Assembly: GCA_002269645.1 (NCBI GenBank)
Contig: NIVC01005197.1
Coordinates: 1 to 22,062 of the forward strand
From: Macrostomum lignano
Lineage: Eukaryota
Length of the DNA stretch: 22,062 nt
Direction of reading: 5' to 3'
The translations under genes were made by a program, and so were the position numbers. A model generated the notes under the pieces. The model saw only the letters and a program-made list of their open reading frames with translations, was not told the origin of the DNA and did no database searches. Position 1 is the first letter of the stretch, and every line of letters starts with the position of its first letter. Shown here piece after piece: positions 20,709 to 22,062 of this stretch.

Positions 20709-21360
20709 TAGACAGACAGGCAGGCAGGTTAGCAGACAGACAGGCAGACAGGTTGGCAGACAGGCAGGTTGACAGACAGGCAGGTTGGAAAGACAGGCAG
20801 ACAGTTAGGCAGACAGTTAAACAGGCAGGTTGGCAGACAGGCAGATAGTTAGACAGGCAGGTTGGCAGACAGGCAGACAGTTAGACAGGCAGGTTGGCAG
20901 ACAGGCAGACAGTTAGACAGGCAGGTTGGCAGACAGGCAGGCAGACAGTTAAACAGGCAGGTTGGCAGACAGGCAGACAGTTAGACAGGCAGGTTGGCAG
21001 ACAGGCAGGCAGACAGTTAAACAGGCAGGTTGGCAGACAGGCAGGCAGACAGTTAGACAGGCAGGTTGGCAGACAGGCAGGTTGGCAGACAGGCAGGTTG
21101 GCAGACAGGCAGGTTGGCAGACAGGCAGGTTGGCAGACAGGCAGGTTGGCAGACAGGCAGGTTGGCAGACAGGCAGGTTGGCAGACAGGCAGACAGTTAA
21201 ACAGGCAGGTTGGCAGACAGGCAGACAGTTAAACAGGCAGGCTGGCAGACAGGCAGACAGTTAAACAGGCAGGTTGGCAGACAGGCAGCCAGTTAGACAG
21301 GCAGGTTGGCAGACAGGCAGGCGGGCAGACAGTTAAACAGGCAGGTTGCAGACAGGCAGG
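20662..21360. repeat. (GACA)n microsatellite grading into 16-bp and 28/32-bp minisatellite units
   Basis: Pure GACA run at ~20670-20718, then GGCAGGTTGGCAGACA units and longer units containing CAGTTAAACA/CAGTTAGACA. Confidence 0.95.
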
Positions 21361-22062
21361 CACCAAGGCAGGCGCACAGGCGGTGCCTGCAGTGACGGAG
21401 AGCAATTAACGATCCCGCATAATCTGGCTCAGAACAATGCGGCGGCGGCTTATCGGCGGGCTGTCATAAAAATCTCCAGCCGATATATTCGCCGCGGTGT
21501 CGCGCGCGTTTGAGCAAGCGGGGCGCTCAATCTGTTTTATTTCTCCTGTACCCCATCATCATTCCGACAGTCCCCCCCCCCGGCTAGGAGGAGCAGGACG
21601 ACTCCCCGCTATTCACTGCCTGTGCGCGTCTCGCATTTATTATTCTCTTTCCTCAGCAGGCCAGCCTCCAGTCTCCCCTACACGACTCGTTCCCCCGCTC
21701 GATATGCTCGTTGACCACCCGTGCTGCGGCATCTCTGCTTACGCTGACCGGGACAGATCGCTTGTATCCGCCCTCGGGCCGGGTTGGCGGCCGCCGCGGC
21801 CCCGCCCTTTATTCTTGGCCGGCCTGGGCGCCTTGCTTGATCTGCCTCCACCCCCACCCCCTAATCCCTGTTTGGCACAGCTGATTGCCAGCATTGCTGA
21901 AGCTGGGATAATCCGCTTACTGCTCGAGGTGACGCGCAGACAGGACAGTAAGATGAAGAACAAACAGATGAAAATGGAAATTAGAACACGGAATTAATTT
22001 TTTCATCTGTTTTTTGGGGATGCAAGGACCAATCCTTAAGTTTATTTGAAGGCCCGATTTTG

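Noticed and set aside
17865-22000. Assorted 60-166 aa ORFs in the right-hand part (e.g. 17977+, 19698+, 20894+, 21497+)
   Set aside because: No recognisable domains; low-complexity or repeat-derived, and expected by chance in GC-balanced intronic DNA.

Overview
Eukaryotic (animal, probably invertebrate) genomic DNA; there is no prokaryotic gene content. Left third (1-~5640): the 3' part of a Ty3/Gypsy LTR retrotransposon on the + strand. Its pol runs RT, RNase H, integrase; RT/RH carry about a dozen 1-bp indels while the integrase core is intact. An intronless J-domain (DnaJ/Hsp40-type, HPD motif) ORF starts 423 bp after the pol stop. It is followed by a GC-rich minisatellite, a polypurine tract (5257-5268) and a TG-starting LTR-like segment. 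The most interesting reading is a Gypsy element carrying an Hsp70 co-chaperone gene in the position env occupies in other elements. Middle: LTR-like fragments, then AT-rich intron/intergenic DNA with two Mutator-like non-autonomous TIR elements (8385-8980, 12741-13596). Right: the first coding exon of a SNAP-25 gene (15752-15832), whose long downstream intron holds a third MITE (16640-17560), a 23-bp satellite with an incipient 92-bp higher-order repeat, and a GACA-derived minisatellite. Most other ORFs in the supplied track are artefacts of repeats or low complexity.
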